From Hamiltosporidium tvaerminnensis FI-OER-3-3 (taxonomy: Eukaryota; Fungi; Microsporidia): a DNA stretch of 64,000 bases. Under the pieces are notes generated by a model. It ran no database searches, was not told where the DNA came from, and saw only the letters and a list, made by a program, of their open reading frames with translations. The position numbers and the translations under genes are program-made. The stretch covers positions 620,001-684,000 of the forward strand of contig CM061246.1 of the NCBI GenBank assembly GCA_022605425.2, in the 5' to 3' direction. Below, one piece after another: positions 1-9,605 of the stretch. Every line of letters starts with the position of its first letter. Position 1 is the stretch's first letter.

Positions 1-29
1 ATATCCACATTTAGACTTCGGTTCTAGAA
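1..29 (-). mobile_element. Fragment of a related LINE 3' UTR (continues outside the window)
   Basis: 1-29 atatccacatttagacttcggttctagaa matches 317-345 atatccgcaatcggacttcggttctagaa. Confidence 0.6.
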
Positions 30-191
30 TATATACAGGTAAGAAAACTATAACAGTACAAGTCTTAGATTTAAAAATTTTGAAAACTTTGAAGCAAAGG
101 AAAAGAAATGATAAATAAAAATACTGATTTTTTCTCAATTAAAAATCTCGATGCTGTCTTTTGAAAATAGTTTACTTATATATAAAGGGAT

Positions 192-3100
192 TTTTTAAAA
201 TAAAATAAAATAAAATAAAATAAAATAAAATAAAATTCGGTTTATTTTCCTTAAGATCAGCCAAATCTACAACACACAAAATTCCTTATAAACCGACCCG
301 GCTATGTATAGCCACCATATCCGCAATCGGACTTCGGTTCTAGAAGGTCACACGTCTCCCTTTATCCCACACATACACATTTTAAGTTAACACAACCTGG
401 TTTTATTGCAAACCATTAAGGATCTGTCTTCTTTGAGGCATTACTGCTCCAATAAACTTCACCAAAGCCATGCCAACTCGATTTTGCTGCAGCCCAGCAG
501 CTTGCCACTCCCCTTCCAAGAGCACTCCTAACACCTTTAATCCTAAATTCCCTACAGCATCAGAAGATTTCAAACATTTTACAACTTTTCTCGTAACCTG
601 AGCTGTAAACATCAACCGCTCCACTTGCCACCTCTTACACATGAACACTAGGTGGCACAAAGTTTCTCGGACTGGTTCCTCGCAACATGGACAGCGTTCC
701 CTATACCTATTCGGTAATCTTCCTAAAGCTGCCAGTTGCGGACTAAATTTAACCAGTCCTATTCTGAATCTACGCAGCATCCTAATACTGCTAGCTAACA
801 CCCTGTTGTTTAGCTCTGCGTAGATCCACTTATAACCACTATTAAGACCCCACAGCCTACGTAAGCCACCTATAACTGACTTATCGGCTCGGTCTTGTCT
901 TTTAACAATAGCCTCTTTAATAAAGAGACTATTCTTTTTGTTACTCAAACCCGATAAAGGACTTCCAGTATAAGCTTTCATCCAGATTCGGGTTTGAGTA
1001 ACCCACGTCCTCTTCCTCGCTGTAAACTTACCATTGAGCAAGTCCCGGATGATCGTTCTGCTTTCTTGCCATTTCAAAAAGCCTCTTACACGTGACATAG
1101 CTGCCTTTTCATATAAAGGCTGGATGTCACACTCTCTGAAAGCTGCCAGCTGGGCAAAATTCTCTCGACATCCAAAAGCTGCTGCCAAAGAGCGTGTAAC
1201 GCCGCAACCTACAGATACTATTCTGACCTTGCTCATTCCCCACAATTCGCTCCCATACATTACAATGGGTATAATGCATGCTTTTATAATCAGAAGTTTA
1301 AAATAAAGCGGAACTTCTGATCTGCAGAGGAATGGCATAGCATTTTTTCGGACCGCAAACACAGCTTTTTTTCTCCCAATGAGCATTTCTTTTAGAGAAA
1401 ACGTGCGGTCCAAAACAATGCCTAGGTATCTGTAGGTTTCAACCACCGGGACTGCTTTTTCACCTATCATTACTTTACCTGTAAGACCTGGGGGAAGTAA
1501 CAACCCACACTTATCTATATTAATACGCATTCCCCAGGTCTCACACCACCTCATCACTTTATCCATACTGAGTTGTACGGCAGCCACATCATCACCGAGC
1601 AGGACAGTGTCATCGGCAAACAACAGACCCGGAACCCTATAATTAAGACCCTCGCATGCTATACCATTAACACCTCTAAAAATGTCATCGATATAAAGAT
1701 CGAATAATAGAGGTGATAGCGGACAGCCTTGGCGGAGGCCGATATTATATGGGAATAGGCTTGTTGTTTTATCGCCTACTTTGACACCAACCTGTAGATC
1801 AGTGTACAGATCTCTAAGGAATCTTAGGAGTTTTCCAGAAAAGCCTTGCTCTTTTAGTTTCAAAAGGATTAGATCATGAGGAACTCTATCGTAAGCCTTT
1901 TCGAAATCGATAAATAGGCAAACAGTCTCTCTACCTCGAATAAATCTTCTCCTTTGAATTTCTAAAAGAGTTGCCACCTGAGCAACACATTCCTCTCGAG
2001 TACGAAAACCAGCTTGTTCCCGGCACAAGAGGTTATTATTCTCAGCATACAAACGCATTCGGCGTTCCACAACCTTACACAGCAGTTTAAGAAGAGTGTT
2101 TATCAGACAAATTCCACGGTAGTTTCCAGGCTTTCGTAAATCACCTTTCTTCGGTACCGGTACTATGACTGACACTCTCCAGCTGTCAGGTATTCTATTT
2201 GTCCAGGCCTCGTTCAGCACATGTGAAATGTGCTGTGCCATCAGACTTACGCCATGAGTATCCATTAGTAGAGCTTTGTACGCTTCTACTGGTACCTCAT
2301 CTAAACCACATGCTTTGTTGTTTGCTGACTCGTGCAGCGCTGAAATAACCTCTTGCCAAGCAATCAAATCATTATAATGAGCGTTGTTATCCTCGATAAG
2401 ACACTCAGATTGAGTGTCTTTGCTATGTAGCTCATCATTCATTGTTGCTAAGGAACGAAAGTGGTTGTACCAGACCTGCAACACTGTCTGCTCATCCGAA
2501 GCAATTTGGCCTTTTTCATCCAAAACCGTGCGATTGGCAGCCGAGAATTTGGGCATTCCAGCAGACCTTCTGGTCCACTGCCACACGTCTCTCATGCAGC
2601 GGTTTGTTGCCGCCGCAATACCTTTTTGTGCCCACTTTATTCTCAGCTGCCGCCTATATAGACGCTTCATTTCCTCGCACTTTCGTTTGAGGACAGCATA
2701 GGCGTTCGGATGAGCTCGGCCGGCTCTCATTTCGAAAGCAACTCTCCGTCTATCGTCAATAGTTTTTTTAAGCTTCCGAGGCAAAAATAAACTATTTCCA
2801 TCTGAAAAAGTACCTTCAAGACCCAACTTTTTTGCTACTTCTTTAACAGTTTCTGCCACATAAATCCCATGATCCGTATTGTGACCAAAACTGTTCCAGG
2901 TCGGACAGCTTATAAGCTTTTCGGCAAGTGACCGCTCAACAAACTTGCGTAAGAAGAGCTTTTTCTTGCGTACAGCTCGTGTGAGCGTGTCCACCCTAAC
3001 GTCAACAGTTACAGGAAGGTGATCCGATATATCCCATTTCCTGTGCACTTTAACTACCTCCGCCCACTCTCTTTTCAGAAACAGGCAGTAGTCAATGCAT

Positions 3101-5328
3101 CTATTGGCACCGTGTGCTGCTGCACGTGTAGCTCGCGGTGCTTCGAATAACCATTTATTCGTGCAATAGAGGTTGTTGACAGCCAGGAACCTAGCAGCCT
3201 CTTCTGGAGTCATATTCCAATCGCCCATGACTAGAATATCATCCAAACCGTTTTTCTTGTTTTCGCTAACAAGAAAAGATCCCAGAGCTTCGAGCGTTTC
3301 CGCTCTGTTGCCGTATAGTGAACATTTCGGAGGAATGTACACGTTAACAACAAGCAATTTAAACCAGCCACCAGACGCTTTTTTGCCACAAACAATGCCA
3401 GCCAAGAAGTTAGGATGTACTTCAACTGAAGATAGCGTAAGATCTAACTTACGACGCACAGCTAAAATCAGTCCTCTACCATCTTTTTCCTCCTTGTTGG
3501 CAAAGCTCTCAATCACCTCGTATCCCGGAATAACGTTCCGAGAATTCCCTGTGTAGCGTAATGTCTCTTGGAGACATAGAATGTCTGGGTGGAGTTTACC
3601 GGTCAGCATTAGAACCTCCTCTCGTTTTGATCCAAAGGAATTTACATTTAGCGTAAGTAATCTAAGATTACTATACGATTCCGTGCAAATTCTGACAGAC
3701 TTTTTTCTCCCTAGTGTATGGGTTTTGCAGTACCCAAGATGTTTCCTACTCACAGCTTGCACTGTTTCCGGGTCTATCCCACTCTCAACAGTCACATCAA
3801 GTCGTCTACGTCCATCTCGCTGTATAACTCGCTTGACAGACGTACCTTTGGAACCTCTCGCCTCTAGTGTTTCAGCAAAAACACTACGATGCCTATGCGG
3901 TACACCCCAGACAGAGTATACCGCGGGACCTGCTTTGCACGGCTTTATCTGTTGGCAGGTGTCAACAGTTCCGACAGTCCTGACTATAGGCTAGAGGAGC
4001 TCTTTGGCTCCTCAAGTACCATATCTTCTAGTCCGTAGAAGATTTTCGAGGCTTCTTGAGAGGCATTCTGAGCTGAAGTATGCTTCAGAATGCTAAGGAA
4101 CCTCCTAACCGGCGGGTTATCTTTAAATCGCTCGACCCATGAGAGTCTGCGCTTAAGGTCAGATAACCGCTCTCCAATCTCTTCGAGACTGCCTCTGTTA
4201 AGATAGTTATCAAACGTCTTAACATCTTTAAAGCCTGTAAAAATGGCTTTAACTTTATCCACACTGTTAGCATTCACAAGCAACTCTAACAGGCCTTCCT
4301 TAGTGAAGCCTACGTGCTTGACGTAGTAAGATTTAACGCCCCCGTTCTCTAAGACTGCTCTTAAATAAGCGGGTTTGTTTACTTTAACTCCAACTAAGTA
4401 AAGAAGCACAAACCTATTCAAGACAAATGGTGATTTGCCTTGCACAACATCCTCACACTGTGCTCTGTTTAAGTTAAGTTTCCCTCTACTCTGCTTCGAA
4501 GGTGCCTTAGTACGATCGAAGGAAGGCTTTTTGGCAGTCCGCAATTTGACGGCTCTCGGTTTACTGGCTGGGTTACCAGTTGCTTTACTCTTGGATAATT
4601 CCTTTTTTTTATCCATAAGACCTTTTCCTGAAGCACTTACGGAAGTCTTTTCAGGTAACTTTTTTTCGATAGAACGAGGAGTTGCTATCGGAGGCAGTGT
4701 GGTATTGCCCGTACCACATTCAACAGGCCTCGCCCCTTGATGGCTTACATTCATTGCACGTTGAATTTGTAAGCCTTGAGATTCTGCTGCGTTGCAGATC
4801 TGCACTTCCGCTGGGCAGACTCCAGCGGCAAGAGGGTCACCAGCATTTGCAGTCAGATCAGTAGAACTGCCAGTCCTTAACACGACCTGTTTATCCAAAG
4901 ACCGAGCTTTTGCCTTTGCAGATCGTGCGGCCAAGGTTGGCCCGAAAGACTGAGATTTCGCCTCATTTACCACCAAATTCTGCTCGGGTGGTTTCTCAGT
5001 TAGTTCTGCAGCGTTGCAGACTAACTCGCTGGCTGCTGGATCAGCCTGAGGGTCTCTGGCTCCTGCCTCTAGCCTAACCGAGGAAGCAGGTGCTACTGCC
5101 GTTATCATGCACTTGTGAGTACGGCACCTACGCGACCTTTTAGCTACTTTACGTAGCTTCTCAACTTCTTTAAAGAGTACCTCTAAAGCAATCGAGTTGG
5201 TCTTTGCCAACATAAGAGATTCTTTATATCTCTTTTCCTCTTCTTCTAATTTTTCCACTCTTTTTTCAAGGAGTGTTATTTTCTCAGAAGCAAGTGCATA
5301 AAGAACAGACAAAGTCTGTGCCTCTTTC
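192..5328 (-). mobile_element. Intact non-LTR retrotransposon (LINE; APE-RT, two ORFs) with (TTTTA)n tail and 14-bp TSD
   Basis: ORF1 plus APE-RT ORF2; (TAAAA)n at ~196-235 on + is the (TTTTA)n tail; ATATATAAAGGGAT at both 178-191 and 5329-5342; visibly more GC-rich than host DNA. Confidence 0.95.
403..3990 (-). CDS. LINE ORF2: APE endonuclease, reverse transcriptase, C-terminal zinc finger
   Basis: APE motifs LLTLNVN, LCLQET, MGDWN, IDY, SDH; RT motifs QAGFR, IDFEKAYD, LRQGCPLSP, LFADD, YLG; C-terminal CPCC...H...C. Frame is open from 3990 (ORF track uses GTG at 3795); true start unknown. Confidence 0.95.
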   Translation of the reverse strand, partial: PIVRTVGTVDTCQQIKPCKAGPAVYSVWGVPHRHRSVFAETLEARGSKGTSVKRVIQRDGRRRLDVTVESGIDPETVQAVSRKHLGYCKTHTLGRKKSVRICTESYSNLRLLTLNVNSFGSKREEVLMLTGKLHPDILCLQETLRYTGNSRNVIPGYEVIESFANKEEKDGRGLILAVRRKLDLTLSSVEVHPNFLAGIVCGKKASGGWFKLLVVNVYIPPKCSLYGNRAETLEALGSFLVSENKKNGLDDILVMGDWNMTPEEAARFLAVNNLYCTNKWLFEAPRATRAAAHGANRCIDYCLFLKREWAEVVKVHRKWDISDHLPVTVDVRVDTLTRAVRKKKLFLRKFVERSLAEKLISCPTWNSFGHNTDHGIYVAETVKEVAKKLGLEGTFSDGNSLFLPRKLKKTIDDRRRVAFEMRAGRAHPNAYAVLKRKCEEMKRLYRRQLRIKWAQKGIAAATNRCMRDVWQWTRRSAGMPKFSAANRTVLDEKGQIASDEQTVLQVWYNHFRSLATMNDELHSKDTQSECLIEDNNAHYNDLIAWQEVISALHESANNKACGLDEVPVEAYKALLMDTHGVSLMAQHISHVLNEAWTNRIPDSWRVSVIVPVPKKGDLRKPGNYRGICLINTLLKLLCKVVERRMRLYAENNNLLCREQAGFRTREECVAQVATLLEIQRRRFIRGRETVCLFIDFEKAYDRVPHDLILLKLKEQGFSGKLLRFLRDLYTDLQVGVKVGDKTTSLFPYNIGLRQGCPLSPLLFDLYIDDIFRGVNGIACEGLNYRVPGLLFADDTVLLGDDVAAVQLSMDKVMRWCETWGMRINIDKCGLLLPPGLTGKVMIGEKAVPVVETYRYLGIVLDRTFSLKEMLIGRKKAVFAVRKNAMPFLCRSEVPLYFKLLIIKACIIPIVMYGSELWGMSKVRIVSVGCGVTRSLAAAFGCRENFAQLAAFRECDIQPLYEKAAMSRVRGFLKWQESRTIIRDLLNGKFTARKRTWVTQTRIWMKAYTGSPLSGLSNKKNSLFIKEAIVKRQDRADKSVIGGLRRLWGLNSGYKWIYAELNNRVLASSIRMLRRFRIGLVKFSPQLAALGRLPNRYRERCPCCEEPVRETLCHLVFMCKRWQVERLMFTAQVTRKVVKCLKSSDAVGNLGLKVLGVLLEGEWQAAGLQQNRVGMALVKFIGAVMPQRRQILNGLQ

Positions 5329-5330
5329 AT
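3984..5330 (-). CDS. LINE ORF1 (N-terminal coiled coil, basic low-complexity linker, RRM-like C-terminus)
   Basis: 448-aa ORF directly upstream of ORF2 on the same strand; heptad-like LLEKRVEKLEEEEK; beta-alpha-beta-like LLYLVGV...GLLELLV. Confidence 0.85.
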   Translation of the reverse strand: MKEAQTLSVLYALASEKITLLEKRVEKLEEEEKRYKESLMLAKTNSIALEVLFKEVEKLRKVAKRSRRCRTHKCMITAVAPASSVRLEAGARDPQADPAASELVCNAAELTEKPPEQNLVVNEAKSQSFGPTLAARSAKAKARSLDKQVVLRTGSSTDLTANAGDPLAAGVCPAEVQICNAAESQGLQIQRAMNVSHQGARPVECGTGNTTLPPIATPRSIEKKLPEKTSVSASGKGLMDKKKELSKSKATGNPASKPRAVKLRTAKKPSFDRTKAPSKQSRGKLNLNRAQCEDVVQGKSPFVLNRFVLLYLVGVKVNKPAYLRAVLENGGVKSYYVKHVGFTKEGLLELLVNANSVDKVKAIFTGFKDVKTFDNYLNRGSLEEIGERLSDLKRRLSWVERFKDNPPVRRFLSILKHTSAQNASQEASKIFYGLEDMVLEEPKSSSSL

Positions 5331-5651
5331 ATATAAAGGGATAAATATATTTAAAAATCAAATTGGTAATGAGATATCCAGAATAGATAAAGACTCAAAT
5401 CTTTAAAAAGTGATATTTTAAAACATATCTGGTATGTGTCTTTTTATAAGTGATAATTAGTGGAATTTATTTAAATGCCACATGCCTAATGTTAAAAAAG
5501 CATTTGCGTTTTTGCTTAGATCCTAATTTTGTAAGGTGATTAAATGTTTCTTTCGTTATATTTATCCTATTTGAATTTTTTTTGAAATCATTTTTTTGTT
5601 TACTTTTTTTTTAGTTTTATTAGTTTTTAATCCTTTATATTTTTTTTGATG

Positions 5652-5957
5652 TTTGATCACTCTTGGCGTTACCCAACGAGAACCACGTGGAGGTGGTGAT
5701 CATCTCTCGTCATGAGTGCTTGCTAGCCTCATCCACTCGCGATCTTGTGGATTACAGCTGCAGCACCCAAGCACGTCGTCTTCATGCTAGATAGTACAGT
5801 AGGGCCACGTTGAAGCTTAGAGGCCTTCAGCTCTTCCGTGCCAGGACGTTGCTTAGCCCGTACCTTACCAGATATAGGCACGACAAGAGGTCCTGCAGAT
5901 TCGTTCCTTTCGTACTAGCATCTGCTCCCTTAGTACCGTAGCAGTAGTGTAAAACTA

Positions 5958-5995
<38 letters not shown>

Positions 5996-6099
5996 TGTTA
6001 GTGGGTGAACAATCCAACACTAGGTGCCTTCTGCTGCACCATGATAGGAAGAGCCGACATCGAAGAATCAAAAAGCAGCGTCGCTATGGTCGCTCGGCT

Positions 6100-6131
<32 letters not shown>

Positions 6132-6407
6132 ACGTCACCCATTGCTAGATGCTCTGTAAGCAATGGGATCGCTAGGCCTGGGTTTCCCCTCGTATTACCG
6201 TGTAGTAATACGTCAGGGTGGCTTTTGCCCTTGGACTACACCCTCGGTTTCTCTCCGAAGTTAGCCACCCTTAGGCCATCTGCGTTGTAGTCTAGCAGAT
6301 GTACCGCCCCAGTCAAACTCCCCATCTGACAAATACGGGTCGCTTGCACAGCTAGTGGTCTTTCAGTTGCCCCACCTTGCTACAGCTGCACAAGACCCCG
6401 GCGTCAC

Positions 6408-6444
<37 letters not shown>

Positions 6445-6541
6445 GCATAGCCAAGACCGTTCCCTTGGCTCGTGGGTTCGCAGGTTGTTAGTCGGGACAG
6501 TGGGAATCTCGTTGCTCCTTTCGTGCGCGTCACTAATTAGG

Positions 6542-6595
<54 letters not shown>

Positions 6596-8272
6596 CTGCG
6601 TATACAGCCCGACCTGTCTTAACAGCTGGGCACTGGGCAGAATTCACTTTGTGTCCACGTACTACACCACCACAAAGCTATGTTTTTATTAAACAGTCGG
6701 ATTCCCCGTAACTAAAAGTTCTAATTCCTTAGAGCTAATCCTTTTCCCGAGGTTACGGATCTAATTTGCCGAATTCCCTAACTAACGTTTGTCCTATCGC
6801 TTCCGGTATACACCGTACGGAGCCCTGCTGCGGTCGGTACGGTCATCTAGGTCATAAAGGTATTTTTTCACGGATCCCAGCTAAGACAATTGCATATGCC
6901 TGTATTGCTCTGTACAACACGCTACATACAGTACTGCTACAAGGAATGGGTACCTCCTTGTTGTCGTGCCTAAGACGTAAACACCATATTTACTGTTGCC
7001 AAATACCTAGATGGCTCGGGAATATCAACCCGATTCCCTGTCGAGATCTCAGGACCGGCTAACCTTCTCCTTATGAAATCTTAGAAGAACCCTTCTCCTG
7101 AAGCCTTCGCGATTCACACACGAATTGTAACTACTACCACCAAGATCAGCACTAGTGTATGCTCCACTTTACCTCACGGTAAACCTTCTGCACATACACC
7201 ACGCCCATCTACCTATAAGTACTGCATCGGGTCTGGCCTTGTACCGTCCATTTTCGGCGCACATGAATTCGGTAGGTACGTTGCAACACGTTTCTTACCG
7301 GATGCCAACCTCCATGGCCACCGCCCTACTGTCACAATTCATCTACGGCCTTAAGAAAAACCAGATTAGGCCCCTTATCAGTACGTCAGGTTGATCCCTC
7401 TTCGCACGTCCTGCTTACCAGAACGCGCCCACTAGACACATATATAATCGCTATTCTTTAGTACAAGAATAACACGTACACGTTCGCAGTTCGTCGGTAT
7501 GTGGAGATTGCTCCCCTTTCATCCCGCCGTTCCTCTACCGCATAATACTAAGTAACTTGTGTCTGCTGTCCTGAGAGACATTTCGATGGGAACCAGCTAC
7601 CCGGCTGTTCGATTGGTCTTTCGCCCCTACACCCAGCTCAAACCATCGATTTGCGCGTCAGAACAAGTTTAGGTCCTCCACCATCCTTTCGAATGGCTTC
7701 AACCTGGCCAGGTGTAGTTCACAGCCCTTCGGGTCGCATCCGAACAGCTATATCTGCTTTCGCTACGCTTAAAGGAAACCCCCCTTTAACTTGCTATGCA
7801 GATGCACTCCTTGGTCCGTGTTTCAAGACGGGTCCTGTTATCAGGATACTCAATACAATTTCACGTCTTTGCACTTTTTAGCTTTTCACCTTTCCATCGC
7901 TGTACTATTACGCTATCGGTCTCCGCTCATATTTAGCCTTAGATGGAACCCACCACCTCTTCAGGCTGCATTACCAAGCAACCCTACTCTGCCCATTACT
8001 CGTCACTACGGGGCTATCACCCTCTATGGCTTACCTGTCCCGGTAATTCGTTACGACGATCTTAACAATGCCCGGAGGCTTACATTCGGGGCTATTTCTT
8101 GTTCGCTCGCCGCTACTACAGAAATCCTAGTTAGTTTTTGTTCCTCCCCTTAATAATATGCTTAAGTCCAGGGGGTAGTCAGGCATTTACAAATGCCGTT
8201 CGGCCTTAGTTCTCGGAAACTATTCCGGCCTTCCTCGGATACGGAGCCAAGTGATCCCTTGTATGAGTTTAA
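5652..8272 (-). rRNA. Large-subunit rRNA with 5.8S region fused at the 5' end (microsporidian type)
   Basis: Reverse complements of universal LSU motifs (GACCGTCGCGAGACAGG, AGTACGAAAGGAAC sarcin-ricin loop, CCCGTCTTGAAACACGGACCAAGG, GACTTAAGCATAT); 5.8S-like GGATCACTTGGCTC near 8245-8258; no ITS2; ends approximate. Confidence 0.95.
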
Positions 8273-8302
8273 TATGAAAAAACTACACAATAAAAGTACT
8301 AG
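8273..8302 (-). other. Very short internal transcribed spacer
   Basis: ~30 AT-rich nt between SSU 3' end and the 5.8S-like start. Confidence 0.7.
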
Positions 8303-9605
8303 CACTGATCCTGCTGCAGGTTCTCCTACAGCAACCTTGTTACGACTTGTATCCAATCTAATCCTACGTCCTCAGAAGGAAAACCCTCTTCGAACATAGC
8401 ACCATCTTAGATAACGACGGGCGGTGTGTACAAAGAACAGGGACGCAGTCGTCGCCCGTTAGTGACACGCGACTACTAGGAATTCCTGGTTCATGCGTCC
8501 ATTACAGAACGCAATCCCAACCGAGTTATCCTTTATCTTTACAATATACCTAGAAATAACATTGTAGTGCGCGTGCAGCCCAGAACATCTAAGGGCATCA
8601 CAGACCTGTTATAGCCCCCTCCTTCCTGAAACTTATAGTCCCCAGTCGCCGTAGCTGAGGGTCTCACACATTACAGCAATAAACCTAAAAGTCACCTCAC
8701 ATGTTGTGAACGGCCATGCACCACTTAGTCGTACTCATCAAAGATTCGTCATACAACTGGCCCTGGTAAGTTGTCCCGCGTTGAGTCAAATTAAGCCGCA
8801 CACTCCACTCCTGGTGGTGTCCTTCCGTCAATTTCTTCAAGTTTCAATCTTGCGATCGTACTATCCCCATAGCCCATATACTTGATTTCTCGTGGGTACC
8901 ACTACGTAACACCCAGTTGGCATAGTTTACGGCCGGAACTACAGGGGTCTCTAATCACCTTTGCTCCTCCGGCTTACGTCCTTGATCACCGGAAACGTAC
9001 TGGACGACAGCTTTCGCTTCGGTTTGTCCTACGTAGGTCGTCAACTTTCACCTCTCGCTACGCAATACAGTCGCCCTCTTCCGCTCCTACATGCTAACCT
9101 AGAATGCCAATACACTCCATGAAGAAAGTGTCTTCTAGCATCCCTGTCAACACTGACTACGGACCTTTTAAATGCAGCAATGCACTATGACACTCCTGGA
9201 GCTGGAATTACCGCGGCTGCTGGCACCAGACTTGCCCTCCAGTCAATCACCGGTATTCTACCCCGGTTACAAAATATACGTCTCATAACTGCCTCTCTCC
9301 AATTGGGCAAGTTTCGCGCCTGCTGCTGTCCTTAGACCTGGTAGCCGTTTCTCAGGCTCCCTCTCCGGAATCAAACCCTGATCCCCCGTACCCGTTAAAG
9401 CCATCGTACGCCCTTACCGTACGATAAAACTGATGGGTCGGCGTCTTACTCGTGTTATTAGCCACAGTTTCCCGCGGTTATCCTTCCTACACGATTAAAT
9501 AATCACCGTTCTACTGAGCCGTTCGCAGTTCCACTTTCGCTTCACCAGACTTGCATGGCTTAATCCCAGAGACAAGCATCCTCGTCAGGCAGAATCAACC
9601 TGTTG
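8303..9605 (-). rRNA. Small-subunit rRNA (~1.3 kb, reduced microsporidian type)
   Basis: Begins CAACAGGTTGATTCTGCCTGAC; contains GTGCCAGCAGCCGCGGTAA and GTACACACCGCCCGTC; ends GAACCTGCAGCAGGATCA. Confidence 0.97.

Noticed and set aside
196-235. Telomeric repeat
   Set aside because: (TAAAA)n is internal and sits between the LINE 3' UTR and its TSD, so it is a retrotransposon tail
641-4864. Short nested ORFs within the LINE
   Set aside because: Shadow frames of GC-richer coding sequence
6766-9097. ORFs overlapping the rDNA
   Set aside because: Chance frames within or antisense to rRNA
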